Shown here: in pieces, positions 55,009 to 64,000 of the stretch
Layout of the letters: each line of letters opens with the position of its first letter
Position numbering within the stretch: position 1 is the stretch's first letter
Assembly (NCBI GenBank): GCA_002441005.1
Contig: DJWO01000001.1
Coordinates: 64,155-128,154 of the forward strand
Source: Candidatus Aminicenantes bacterium UBA6228
GTDB taxonomy: Bacteria > Acidobacteriota > Aminicenantia > Aminicenantales > Saccharicenantaceae
Reading direction: 5' to 3'
Length of the DNA: 64,000 nucleotides
Made by a program: the position numbers and the translations under genes
The notes under the pieces: generated by a model
What the model was told of the DNA's origin: nothing
What the model saw: the letters and a program-made list of their open reading frames with translations, nothing else
The model's database searches: none

Positions 55009-57998
55009 AAGTAACCATTGTTCCGGCCGGGGTTAATCTCATCGAGCTTTTGGCCAGACACTTAGTGGCTTCCTCTACTGACTTCAGCCGTATCCTGGTC
55101 GTTTTCCCCGAGCAAAGGCCAGGTCATTATCTGAGGAAGACTCTCGGCGAAATGATCGGCCGCAGTTTCCTGCCTCCCTCTATCTTTTCCCTGGATGAGT
55201 TTATTGATTTTTCCTACAGCCGCTTTCTTCAGAGAGATGAACCTCTGCTCGAAACGGTGGAGGCGATCAGCCTCTTATATAACTTAAATGAGGCCAATCT
55301 GGAAAACTCTTTTCGCGGGCAGAAAGAGTCGAGGCTGACCTTTGATGAGTTTTTCCCCATCGGCAATAAGATTTTTCAGGATCTCGAAGAACTCAAAATG
55401 GGGTTGATAACCCCGGATAAGTTTCTGGCCATAGATGAGCTGGCCGGTGAAAAAATACCGGAGAAAACCAGAGCCAGACTGCAGAAAATGTCTTATTTTT
55501 ATGAGCATTTTTACCGGGAGGTGGAACGCCAGGGCTTTTCAACTCCGGCCAGCCGGCTCGAAAAAGTTCTGGAAAAAATTGAACCTGGCTGGTTTAGCTC
55601 CTTTGATGAAGTTATTCTGGCCGGTTTTTACCTTCTGACCTCCGCCGAATTTGAACTGCTCAATAAAGTGCTGGAGGCAGAAAGAACCCGGTTATTTGTC
55701 CTCAAAGGGACCGGCTGGGAAGACCTGCTGAAAAGAATCAGAGCTGACCGGTCAGAAATAGAGGAAATTGACGGACCGGAAGGAATAGCCGAGCCAGAGC
55801 TTGAATTCAATCAGAGCCCGGACGGTCATGGCCAGCTTTTTCATCTAAATAGTCTTCTTCAGGATAAAATTTCCCGGCCTTCCGAGCTCAGCGAAAAACA
55901 GGTTATTGTCCTCCCGGCAGTTGAGACTTTAATTCCGGTTGTCGAACAGACCCTGGCCCGGCTGCCAGAGACCGGTTACAATATTTCTGTCGGTTATCCC
56001 CTGACCAGAACCCCACTATATAATTTCTTTGACTCGCTTTTTAAGCTGCTGGAAACAGCTGAAGAAGACAGCTCAGATGGAGCTTCGGCTCGGCCGCCAG
56101 AAGAAAGGTTCAGGCTCTATGTCTCCGATTATCTTAATTTTGTGCTTCATCCTTATACCAAAAATATCTATTTCCCGACGACACCCAGGACAGCTGAACA
56201 CACCAGAATACTCTTTCATCTCATGGAAAATAATTTTAACCAGAAAAAAGGCCGGCTTTTCTGGTCGCTGGAGGAAATGGCTGCTGATCCAGATCTCAGG
56301 GACAGTCTGGAAAAATACACCGGCGAAAATCCGGCCTATCCTCGAAGCTCCGAATTCATTCAGCATCTTCGCTCGATACACCAGCAGACCATTATTCCCT
56401 TCCTGAGCCTTAAAAATATCAATGACTTCGCAGCCAAATTAATTGGTCTTCTGGATTTTATTTCAGAAGAAAGCACTGCGCCTCTTCATGTTTTATTTGA
56501 GCCTTATGCCCGGGCCTTTTACCAGCAACTGGAAATTCTCCAGAGCCAGCTTCTGACCAGACAGAAATTCAGCCGGCGCTCTGGTTATTTTCAGCTATTC
56601 CGGCGTTTGTTTTCTGAGGCCCGCGTCCGCTTTCCAGGCACACCGCTTCGTGGCCTGCAGGTCCTTGGTTTCTGGGAAACGCGCTGCCTCCAGTTTGATG
56701 ATGTCTATCTTCTCGATCTGAACGATGATGTTCTGCCCGGGACGAGCAAAGTTGATTCGCTTCTTCCTGCACCCTTAAGAAAGGCTCTTGGCCTCCGTTA
56801 TCATGAAAATCTGGAAAAAAGAATTGAATATTATCTCAGCCTGTTAGTGGCCGGAGCAAAGAACATTCATTATTTCTTTATCGAAAATGATGAAAAACAG
56901 AAAAGCCGCTATATAGAAAAATCCCTCTGGAAAAAGCAAAAGAAAGAAAAAGAAACAGACGAAAATAAATATATTAAAAAAGTCAGCTATCGTCTTGCTC
57001 TCCAGACACCAAACCCGCCCGATATCCCCAAGACAGAAAAAATCCTCGGCTATCTCGACAATATGACCTTCAGCGCTTCCAGCCTGAATACCTATCTTAA
57101 GTGTCCGGTCGAGTTTTTCTATGCCCACGTTCTCGGGCTGAGTGAAAAAGAAGAACTGGCCGAATCGCTGGAAAGTAGCGAAATCGGGACGCTGGTTCAT
57201 GCCATTTTAAGACAGTATTTCTGGCCTGACCTGAAGAAAAAAATGCTACCCGAATCGGATACCGACAGGTTAAAAACTCTGATTGATGCCGAATTTAACC
57301 AGCGGCGTTATCCTTCACCGCTCACCGGCAGTCTCTTTTTGATGAGAAAACAGATAGAACAACATTTAGAGGAATTTCTCCTGGCTTACCAGCAAAAAGT
57401 GGCCGGCGAGCTCCAGGCTGCCGGACAGAATCTAATCCTGCTGGCGCTGGAAAAAGATCTGAAACTCGATTATAAGCTGGGCCAAAGGACCTTTCAGTTC
57501 AAGGGAAAGATTGACCGGATAGAAAAGCGCGGCGAGTATCTTTGTCTCCTTGATTATAAGACTTCAGCCAGCGAAAAGAACCAGGTAATTAATATTGATA
57601 AGCTCGAGCTTGGAGATCGAAGCTCCTGGCCCCAGGCCATAAAAAGTTTACAGCTTCCTTTCTATCAGCTTCTGGCTTCAGCCAAATATAAACTGCCGCC
57701 CGAAGATATTTATTCAGCGGTCATCATTCTGGGCAGGAACCATCTCAACGAAAAGATTGAATATTCGCCGCTTAAAGGCAGAAAAGGAAGCAAGCCAAAA
57801 GGCCAGGTGGAGAAAATTTTCCCTTTATCGGAATCAGATGAAGAGAAGCTAAAGCGTCAGCAATATTTCCGGTTGATAGAACAGGTGATTGATCAATTGC
57901 TGCTGGAAATTGTCGATAGCAACCAGCCCTTTTCAGCCAGATTCAAGGCCGAAGACAGCTGCACCTATTGTCCCTTTACCAGCTTTTGTGGCCAGTAA
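55005..57998 (+). CDS. addB: ATP-dependent helicase/nuclease subunit B (degenerate helicase + PD-(D/E)xK nuclease with Fe-S cysteines)
   Basis: 997 aa. 4-nt overlap with addA. C-terminal nuclease LLDYKTS. Four-Cys Fe-S staple pattern (YLKCPVEFFY plus CTYCPFTSFC at the extreme C-terminus), characteristic of AddB. Confidence 0.75.
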   Translation: MKVTIVPAGVNLIELLARHLVASSTDFSRILVVFPEQRPGHYLRKTLGEMIGRSFLPPSIFSLDEFIDFSYSRFLQRDEPLLETVEAISLLYNLNEANLENSFRGQKESRLTFDEFFPIGNKIFQDLEELKMGLITPDKFLAIDELAGEKIPEKTRARLQKMSYFYEHFYREVERQGFSTPASRLEKVLEKIEPGWFSSFDEVILAGFYLLTSAEFELLNKVLEAERTRLFVLKGTGWEDLLKRIRADRSEIEEIDGPEGIAEPELEFNQSPDGHGQLFHLNSLLQDKISRPSELSEKQVIVLPAVETLIPVVEQTLARLPETGYNISVGYPLTRTPLYNFFDSLFKLLETAEEDSSDGASARPPEERFRLYVSDYLNFVLHPYTKNIYFPTTPRTAEHTRILFHLMENNFNQKKGRLFWSLEEMAADPDLRDSLEKYTGENPAYPRSSEFIQHLRSIHQQTIIPFLSLKNINDFAAKLIGLLDFISEESTAPLHVLFEPYARAFYQQLEILQSQLLTRQKFSRRSGYFQLFRRLFSEARVRFPGTPLRGLQVLGFWETRCLQFDDVYLLDLNDDVLPGTSKVDSLLPAPLRKALGLRYHENLEKRIEYYLSLLVAGAKNIHYFFIENDEKQKSRYIEKSLWKKQKKEKETDENKYIKKVSYRLALQTPNPPDIPKTEKILGYLDNMTFSASSLNTYLKCPVEFFYAHVLGLSEKEELAESLESSEIGTLVHAILRQYFWPDLKKKMLPESDTDRLKTLIDAEFNQRRYPSPLTGSLFLMRKQIEQHLEEFLLAYQQKVAGELQAAGQNLILLALEKDLKLDYKLGQRTFQFKGKIDRIEKRGEYLCLLDYKTSASEKNQVINIDKLELGDRSSWPQAIKSLQLPFYQLLASAKYKLPPEDIYSAVIILGRNHLNEKIEYSPLKGRKGSKPKGQVEKIFPLSESDEEKLKRQQYFRLIEQVIDQLLLEIVDSNQPFSARFKAEDSCTYCPFTSFCGQ

Positions 57999-58071
57999 AT
58001 TAAGAACCGGTAAACTTTTTTGAGCGGATTTTCGTTTAACTTTAAAACATCTGAAAATGAAAGGTTGATAA

Positions 58072-58269
58072 ATGATCAAGTTCTTACTCTGGTTGATTTT
58101 ATTCGTTCTGTGCTGGCCACTGGCTCTGGCAGCATTGATTCTATACCCAATAGTCTGGCTTCTGTCTCTGCCTTTCCGCTTGCTGGGCATTACCGTCAAA
58201 GCAGTTTTTGACCTGCTCAAAGCGATTTTGACCCTGCCTGCCCGTTGCCTGAAGAAGCTGGCCGCTTAA
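58072..58269 (+). CDS. Small hydrophobic hypothetical protein (two predicted TM helices)
   Basis: 65 aa. Almost entirely hydrophobic (LLWLILFVLCWPLALAALILYPIVWLLSLPF). 73 nt downstream of addB. Coding status uncertain. Confidence 0.3.
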   Translation: MIKFLLWLILFVLCWPLALAALILYPIVWLLSLPFRLLGITVKAVFDLLKAILTLPARCLKKLAA

Positions 58270-58500
58270 GAGAAAGAAAGGCTGGTTTCGCTAAGACCTG
58301 ATTGAAGCCGGCTCGTTTGATCCGGTGGCCAGTGGATAGGCGGGTAGGCGGTGGTATCTTATGTTTTTTTATTCACTTATCTCTCTACTCTTTATCTTTT
58401 CTTCTTTTGCCCTTCTATTTTCCCCGGCCAAAGAAAAACCTCTTTGGCCCTGAACCCGGTCATTAGCTTTGTCCCTTCAGCTGGGATAAAATTAAGAGCC

Positions 58501-59796
58501 ATGGAACTCAGAATAGAAAAAATAGTTTATCCTGGCCGGGCTCTCGGCCTTCATGAGGGGCGGGTTGTTTTTACCGATGAAGGTCTGCCAGGCGAACTGA
58601 TCAGAGTTGAAATTCTGGCTGAGAGAAAAAACTTTCTCGAGGCAAAAACCGTGGAGATTCTTGAACCGGTACCTGGCCGAATCGAACCTCGCTGCTCTCA
58701 TTACCGGGCCTGCTCTCCCTATCAGATTATGACCTACGAACTCGAAACTAAAATCAAATCAGGGCAGCTGGCTGAAATTCTCAGCCGTTTTAAAGTTCCA
58801 TACCCTCCCGCCGGTGGAAAATTGCCTGACCTTGTCCCTTCACCTCAAATTTACGGTTACCGAAATAAAATCAAGCTGGCTGTTGTCTGGGAAAGCCCGC
58901 AGCCATTTCTGGCCTACCATGAACCAGGCTCTCTAACTGACCTTCTGCCGGTCGAAAACTGCGCTCTGGTCAGTAGCGAAGCAAATTTCCTGCTCTCCGC
59001 ATTTAAAGAATTAATCGAGACTTCTCCCCTTCCCGCCATCAGCCAGATTGAAATCCGCCAGAGCTTCTCCTCAAGAGCACTTCTGGCCATCCTTTATAGT
59101 GAAAACAAACTGGGCCTGACTGAAGCGGCCCGCAGGTGGTTGCCCCGGTTGAGTGCCCAGCCTGGCCTGACAGGTGTTGCTGGCCTTCTTAACCGCGACC
59201 CTGGAGCCAGGCCGGTTCCTATCTACGGTCAGCTCGATCTTGAGGAAAAATTCGAAAAAGTTAGCCTGCGTTATGGCCCTGCATGCTTTTTCCAGGTTAA
59301 TCCGCTGCAGTTACTTAAAGTGGTCGAGGAGCTTAAGACCTGGCTTAAAGAAAGTAAGCCGGCTCGCCTTCTCGATTTATATGCCGGTGTGGGCACCTTC
59401 AGTTTTTTTCTTTCCAACCTGGCTTCAGAGGTTCTGGCCGTAGAATCAGAGCCAGCCAATGTCTTTTATTTTAAGGAGAATCTTAGACTGAACGAGGCCG
59501 CCGATATCAAGCTCGCCGCCGGGCACGTCGAGCAGAGACTGAAAGAAATAACCACCTTCCAGCCGGAGGTGGCGATGCTCGACCCTCCACGTAAGGGTCT
59601 CGAGCCGGAGTTAATTGTCACTTTAAAAAAGATTCCCCTGCGCTCAATTTTTTATCTTTCCTGCGATCCGGCCACTCTGGCTCGTGATCTAAACCGGTTT
59701 CGGCCAGAATTTGAGCCCCAAACCATCAGGGCTTTTGACTTTTTCCCCCGAACACCGCATCTTGAAGTCTTAAGCCGGCTCGAACGGGCAGATTAA
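58501..59796 (+). CDS. rlmD: 23S rRNA (uracil-C5)-methyltransferase RlmD/RumA family (TRAM + SAM MTase)
   Basis: Start at MELRIEKIVYPG (58501). N-terminal TRAM domain, then a Cys cluster (CSHYRAC). SAM motif DLYAGVGTFS. Catalytic DPPRKG...C region. The ORF-track start at 58351 adds an implausible hydrophobic leader. Confidence 0.8.
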   Translation: MELRIEKIVYPGRALGLHEGRVVFTDEGLPGELIRVEILAERKNFLEAKTVEILEPVPGRIEPRCSHYRACSPYQIMTYELETKIKSGQLAEILSRFKVPYPPAGGKLPDLVPSPQIYGYRNKIKLAVVWESPQPFLAYHEPGSLTDLLPVENCALVSSEANFLLSAFKELIETSPLPAISQIEIRQSFSSRALLAILYSENKLGLTEAARRWLPRLSAQPGLTGVAGLLNRDPGARPVPIYGQLDLEEKFEKVSLRYGPACFFQVNPLQLLKVVEELKTWLKESKPARLLDLYAGVGTFSFFLSNLASEVLAVESEPANVFYFKENLRLNEAADIKLAAGHVEQRLKEITTFQPEVAMLDPPRKGLEPELIVTLKKIPLRSIFYLSCDPATLARDLNRFRPEFEPQTIRAFDFFPRTPHLEVLSRLERAD

Positions 59797-59822
59797 CTTC
59801 TGGCTGATCACTTACTTGCTGC

Positions 59823-60851
59823 TTATTGAAATTTTCCGGCCAGCTGGCCGCAGGCAGCAGCAATGTCCATCCCTTTTGACTGCCTGATGGTCACCCGAAC
59901 TTTTCTTTCCTCCAGCCACATCTTAAACCGCTCAACTTCTTCTTCCGCCGGCGGCTGCCATTTAAAGCCAGCAACCGGACTATAGGCAATGAGATTTACT
60001 TTAGCTTTTAGCCGGCGCGAAATGGCAGCCAGGGCTTCGGCGTCATAAAGTGAATCATTAAAGCCACCGATAACAATGTATTCCAGCGTGAGCTGCCGCC
60101 CGCCCGCCTGAAGGTAATCCTCGGCCGCTTTGATCAGTTCCTCCAGCGGATATTTTTTGTTGACCGGCATCAGCTTGCTCCTTTTTTCTTCGAGGGCACT
60201 GTGAATGGATAGCGATAGGTTAATCTGCAAATCAAAGTTCATCAGTTTCTTTAAAGCCGGTATCAGACCGACCGTAGAAACAGTTATCCGCCTGGCCCCG
60301 ATAGCCAATCCTTGCTGGTCGTTTAGAATTCTTATGGCTTTAAGCCCATTATCCAGATTATCCAGAGGCTCACCCATACCCATCAGGACGAGGTTGGTTG
60401 GCTGATGACCATAGTTATATTTGAGGTTTAAAACCTGCGAGACAATTTCCCCGGCCTCCAGATTTCGCTTGAAGCCATGGAGCCCGCTGGCACAAAAAGC
60501 ACAGTGGAATTTGCAACCGACCTGGGTAGAAAGGCAAAAGGTCTGCCTCTTTCCGGCTGGAATCATGACCGTCTCAATAAAATTGCCGTCCAGAAGCTCA
60601 AAAAGATATTTGACCGTTCCATCCTTAGAACTGACTTTCTCCTTTAGCTGGAGGGGGTTAATTATAAAATCCGCCTCAAGTTGCTGCCTCAAGTCGAGTG
60701 GTAAATCAGTAAATTCCGACGGCTGGCTCTTCCCGGCTTGATAAACCCACCTGAAAATCTGGCCGGCCCGGTATGACGGCTGTCCGCTTCTCCTGAGATA
60801 GTTTTCGACTTCGGCCCTGGTCAAAGAGGTTAAAAGCTTCCTGTCGCTCAT
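59823..60851 (-). CDS. rlmN: Dual-specificity 23S rRNA m2A2503 / tRNA m2A37 methyltransferase (radical SAM)
   Basis: 342 aa. Radical SAM CKFHCAFCASG. Conserved C-terminal Cys region (DIAAACGQL). Confidence 0.9.
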   Translation of the reverse strand: MSDRKLLTSLTRAEVENYLRRSGQPSYRAGQIFRWVYQAGKSQPSEFTDLPLDLRQQLEADFIINPLQLKEKVSSKDGTVKYLFELLDGNFIETVMIPAGKRQTFCLSTQVGCKFHCAFCASGLHGFKRNLEAGEIVSQVLNLKYNYGHQPTNLVLMGMGEPLDNLDNGLKAIRILNDQQGLAIGARRITVSTVGLIPALKKLMNFDLQINLSLSIHSALEEKRSKLMPVNKKYPLEELIKAAEDYLQAGGRQLTLEYIVIGGFNDSLYDAEALAAISRRLKAKVNLIAYSPVAGFKWQPPAEEEVERFKMWLEERKVRVTIRQSKGMDIAAACGQLAGKFQ

Positions 60852-60932
60852 GAGGCCAATCCTTCTTTAAGCCAAGTCAAACCAGCCGGAAAGTTCCGCC
60901 GTTAGTTTCACTGGCCATTACCTGCCCTATTC

Positions 60933-62582
60933 TCAAAAACTGGCTGAATATTTTACCCATAGCTCGCCGGCCAGCTTCCAGTAATCAGCCACCGCCTGAC
61001 CGGCCTGTTGCTGACAGTAACTGGTGAGAAACTCTCTGGCTTTTTCCGGATCTTCCTGATAAAGCTTCAGCGCTTCGGCTTCGATCGCCGCCTGCTGCTC
61101 AAAAGCCTTATCTTCCAGTTGCTTCCAGACCCGGGCCGCTTCTTCTTTCATTTCCTGATAACGGAAGGTAACAAGTTTACTGACTGTTCTAAAAGCCCAC
61201 CAGGCACAATCGCGGCGGTAAGCTCCGCGGCCATCAATTTCATAGGAAGGAGGCATGTGCTTTATTCCAGCATAAAAAGGTAAATGGGGCGTGGTCGCCG
61301 GATTATCATAGCCAAGCCAGACCACCCCGCCGATGGCCGGCGGCAGCCATTTTCTCGACTGGGTAATTTGAAGATAAGTGGCGGTTGGCGAACAGATGGT
61401 TCTTTCCCGTTTTAACCGCAAAAGTTCCCGCCAGTCAGCATTCATAAACGGATTGGCTACCGGGCTTTTTACAACCTGATTTTTCCTGTTAACCGTCAGC
61501 AGGCTGGCCGTCAGATCATATTCGGTCCCTTCATAAGTATCACGGAAGATTTCAAGTAAATCTTTGATAGTCACTTTTTTTTCGGGTTTAACTGAAAAAG
61601 GATAATTTTCGGCATTGGGATCAAGTTTGAGGGAGGGAGCCAGCAGGCTGAGGACCCGCCATTCTCTCCGCCGGCAATAGAGGCTGTATCTTGATTCCGG
61701 GGCATAGGCATAGCAAAATTCAAAAGGCTGGCCGCTTTCTTCTTTCCACCAGCCAAATTCTTTAGCCAGACTTAAGACGTTGGCTGAAGCCAGAAAATAA
61801 TTTTTATTTTTCAGGTCAAGCTGCCTGATACGGCTGGCATTGGCTGAAACCCCAATCTCCTCATCTGGAATCCTCTGAGCGGCCCAGACGGCCCCCTTCT
61901 GGCCTTTACCCGGGCCATAAATCTCAAATAACCAGACTTCATCCGGGTCAGCCAGAGTCAGACATTCGCCCCAGTCATTATAGCCGTATTTTCTGGTGAG
62001 CTCGTCAGCTATCTTAATAGCTTCCCTGGCTGTTCTGGCCCGCTCCAGCATCAGCCGTAAAAGTTCCGGGGCATCGAGCAAACCTTCATCACTTTTAAGC
62101 TCGCGCCTGCCACCGATGGTGGTTTCCCCGGCAGCCAGCTGCCATTCATTCATAAAAGGATAAGCAGCATTGAAATAGGCATATGTTTCTCCGACCTGAG
62201 GAATCTCGCCAACTGCCAGGCGGTCAGGATCGTCAAAACTTTCGAGCCTTTTGGGTTCAAAATAGACTTCGGCCTTTTCTCCCGGCTGATGTTTCTGGCG
62301 CGGGACAATATTGATCCAGGTCCGGTCGCTATTGCTGTCACAGGAATGGGAGGTCATGGTCGAGCCGTCGGTTGAGGCCAGCCGTCCGACGATAATACTG
62401 GTGCAGGAATCAAATTCCAGGCTGACCGGCTCTGGCCTGGCAGTCGGCTCTGTCTGATCAAAAACCGACCCACCGGTTAAAGAAATGATTAAAATCAAGC
62501 CCAGGCCAGAAGCCACAACCCATTTTAAATAGCTTAAAAGCTTAAGTTTTGATCCTGAGGTTTTCATTTTTTCTCCTGCCAA
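60933..62582 (-). CDS. Peptidase family C69 (secreted dipeptidase, Ntn-hydrolase)
   Basis: 549 aa. Signal/TM anchor, then the SCTSIIVG segment. Family C69 has an N-terminal nucleophile Cys exposed after processing. Overall C69 length and pattern. Confidence 0.7.
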   Translation of the reverse strand: MAGEKMKTSGSKLKLLSYLKWVVASGLGLILIISLTGGSVFDQTEPTARPEPVSLEFDSCTSIIVGRLASTDGSTMTSHSCDSNSDRTWINIVPRQKHQPGEKAEVYFEPKRLESFDDPDRLAVGEIPQVGETYAYFNAAYPFMNEWQLAAGETTIGGRRELKSDEGLLDAPELLRLMLERARTAREAIKIADELTRKYGYNDWGECLTLADPDEVWLFEIYGPGKGQKGAVWAAQRIPDEEIGVSANASRIRQLDLKNKNYFLASANVLSLAKEFGWWKEESGQPFEFCYAYAPESRYSLYCRRREWRVLSLLAPSLKLDPNAENYPFSVKPEKKVTIKDLLEIFRDTYEGTEYDLTASLLTVNRKNQVVKSPVANPFMNADWRELLRLKRERTICSPTATYLQITQSRKWLPPAIGGVVWLGYDNPATTPHLPFYAGIKHMPPSYEIDGRGAYRRDCAWWAFRTVSKLVTFRYQEMKEEAARVWKQLEDKAFEQQAAIEAEALKLYQEDPEKAREFLTSYCQQQAGQAVADYWKLAGELWVKYSASF

Positions 62583-62686
62583 CCAAAGTTAGCCAGCTTA
62601 AACAAAAGGGGCTTGCTGTCTTCGAGCAAGCCCCTGAAGATCATCTTTTACCGCCGCTCTAAGGCCAAACTGAAATCTCGTGCCGA

Positions 62687-63952
62687 TTATTTAGCTTTGG
62701 TTTCGAATTTAGCCAGCAAATCTGAGACTGCATCCTTGTGAACCATAAAGACCAGCATTTTCAGTTTGACAAAATCATCTCTAAACAGTTCATAACCTTT
62801 ATAAGGTCCGCGGTGCGCCCCGCCGCCTGAATCTTTAATTAAAAACCAGGTATGGTCGTCCTGACGGGCCAGCCCAACAGCATGAATGGCATGATCATCA
62901 GTCGAGGTGCGATTGTAAAATCTGAATTCCCGGCTATCCTGATTGATAAGAGAAGGCAACAGGTCAAAGCTCGGGACAATGGCCAGGCCTTCATCACCGC
63001 TAATTCCAGGCTCGGAAACATCTCCGCCAAAAGCCACGGAATAACCCTTTTCTAAAGAATTGACAATTGCCTGATAAAATTCATCGAGAGGAACATTATA
63101 ATAATCCTCGTTGTGCCACCAGTTATCAGGCACCTTGTATTCGCCTTTGGTGTAAAAAGGCACATATTTAAAGGACATGAAACAAACATAATCATCGAGC
63201 GGGAGCTGCAAGACATTATCAAGGTATTCTTTGGGGGTCATTTTCTGCCCGTTAACTTCAACGGTGGCTGGTGGTTCGCCCAGATATTTATTGAGGATCA
63301 GTTTGACGTAATCCACAGCTTTCTCTTCATCCCAGTAGTCGTTTTTCTGACAGAAAGCCAGATAGTTCTGTATTTCATCAAACAGCTTGGAATGATCATG
63401 TTCAGTCTGTCCTGGCAAAAGCCCGGTATAGGCGCTTTCCGGCAAGGCTCCATATTGTTTCATCATGGCCGTGACCGCATTGGATTCTGAGCCTTCACCC
63501 AGGGCGGACTTGCCCTTTTCCCGGATAAAGCGGCGGGCTTTCTCCACATACTGCCAGTAAACGGTATACATCTCTGACAGTTTGATTTCGCCGCGGCCCA
63601 GCCTCTTGAGCTCAGATTCCAGAAAAGAAGTGGTGGCAAAACACCAGCAGGTCCCGGTGCGGTATTGCTTGACCGGTGGCAGATGAAAGACCTGCTGAAA
63701 ATCAGTGACAGCCGCCGGATGACTGATGGTGGAAAAATCAACCGAGAGATATTCTCTCTTGTGCCCATTAAATTCTCTGGTCTTGTAAATGGCTTCATCC
63801 AGAGTCTGGACTTCCTGCTGGCCGATTTGAAGAACTGTTTTCTGGGCAGTCGGAGCCGGCGTCTCCTGTTTCTGGCCCTGACAGCTAAATGACCAGAGAA
63901 GCGAAAAAACAACTACAGACACCAGCAACAACTGTTTTAGTTTTTTATTCAT
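62687..63952 (-). CDS. Papain-like cysteine peptidase, C1B (aminopeptidase C / bleomycin hydrolase-like), lipoprotein
   Basis: 421 aa. Lipobox LLWSFSCQG. Catalytic Cys motif QYRTGTCWCFATTSF. Conserved His region HAIHAVG. C1B-like length. Confidence 0.7.
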   Translation of the reverse strand: MNKKLKQLLLVSVVVFSLLWSFSCQGQKQETPAPTAQKTVLQIGQQEVQTLDEAIYKTREFNGHKREYLSVDFSTISHPAAVTDFQQVFHLPPVKQYRTGTCWCFATTSFLESELKRLGRGEIKLSEMYTVYWQYVEKARRFIREKGKSALGEGSESNAVTAMMKQYGALPESAYTGLLPGQTEHDHSKLFDEIQNYLAFCQKNDYWDEEKAVDYVKLILNKYLGEPPATVEVNGQKMTPKEYLDNVLQLPLDDYVCFMSFKYVPFYTKGEYKVPDNWWHNEDYYNVPLDEFYQAIVNSLEKGYSVAFGGDVSEPGISGDEGLAIVPSFDLLPSLINQDSREFRFYNRTSTDDHAIHAVGLARQDDHTWFLIKDSGGGAHRGPYKGYELFRDDFVKLKMLVFMVHKDAVSDLLAKFETKAK

Positions 63953-64000
63953 TTATTCCTCCAAAAAATATTTTCTTATAGCATAATTCAATTGCTCCCG

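Noticed and set aside
51691-57998. Helicase-nuclease pair as a novel anti-phage defence system
   Set aside because: Canonical AddA motifs, the AddB four-Cys Fe-S staple and a RecB-type nuclease at both C-termini identify housekeeping AddAB. The neighbourhood has no defence context.

Overview
This 64 kb window is a bacterial chromosomal segment of about 50% GC from an unidentified lineage. It is densely coding: about 55 CDS and 3 tRNAs (His-GTG, Leu-GAG, Arg-TCG). I found no rRNA, CRISPR array, transposase, integrase or phage genes.

Most of the window is core housekeeping in well-conserved synteny blocks:
- uppS-cdsA-dxr-rseP-ispG
- hypCDE
- an RHH-sat-NPP-cysC-epimerase sulfate-activation operon
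- phoH-7TM_HD-ybeY-corC-era
- tsaE-nnr
- gap-pgk-tpiA-secG
- addAB
- rlmD and rlmN

An accessory-looking stretch at about 20.5-32 kb encodes secreted or lipoprotein hydrolases:
- a YncE beta-propeller-phosphoesterase fusion
- a HEAT-repeat alpha/beta hydrolase
- a GH-D-like glycosidase with FN3 and NPCBM domains
- an aldo/keto reductase and a GH3 enzyme

The most unusual locus is 46.8-50.9 kb, on one strand:
- an HtpX-like M48 protease carrying a GYF-like segment and two C-terminal zinc ribbons
- an apparently undescribed fusion of a pseudo-receiver (REC with the phospho-Asp replaced by Glu) to a Pro/Ala-rich linker, one TM helix and a TonB C-terminal domain
- a 79-aa coiled-coil ORF 26 nt downstream

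Other oddities:
- an NPP-family phosphodiesterase embedded in the PAPS-synthesis operon
- an orphan hypCDE trio
- a Zn-ribbon thioredoxin with a TCRPC active site
- an orphan NapH-like polyferredoxin
- a PAS(x3)-HD-GYP protein behind a 270-nt leader

All calls are from reading the sequence and ORF translations by eye. No database search was run.
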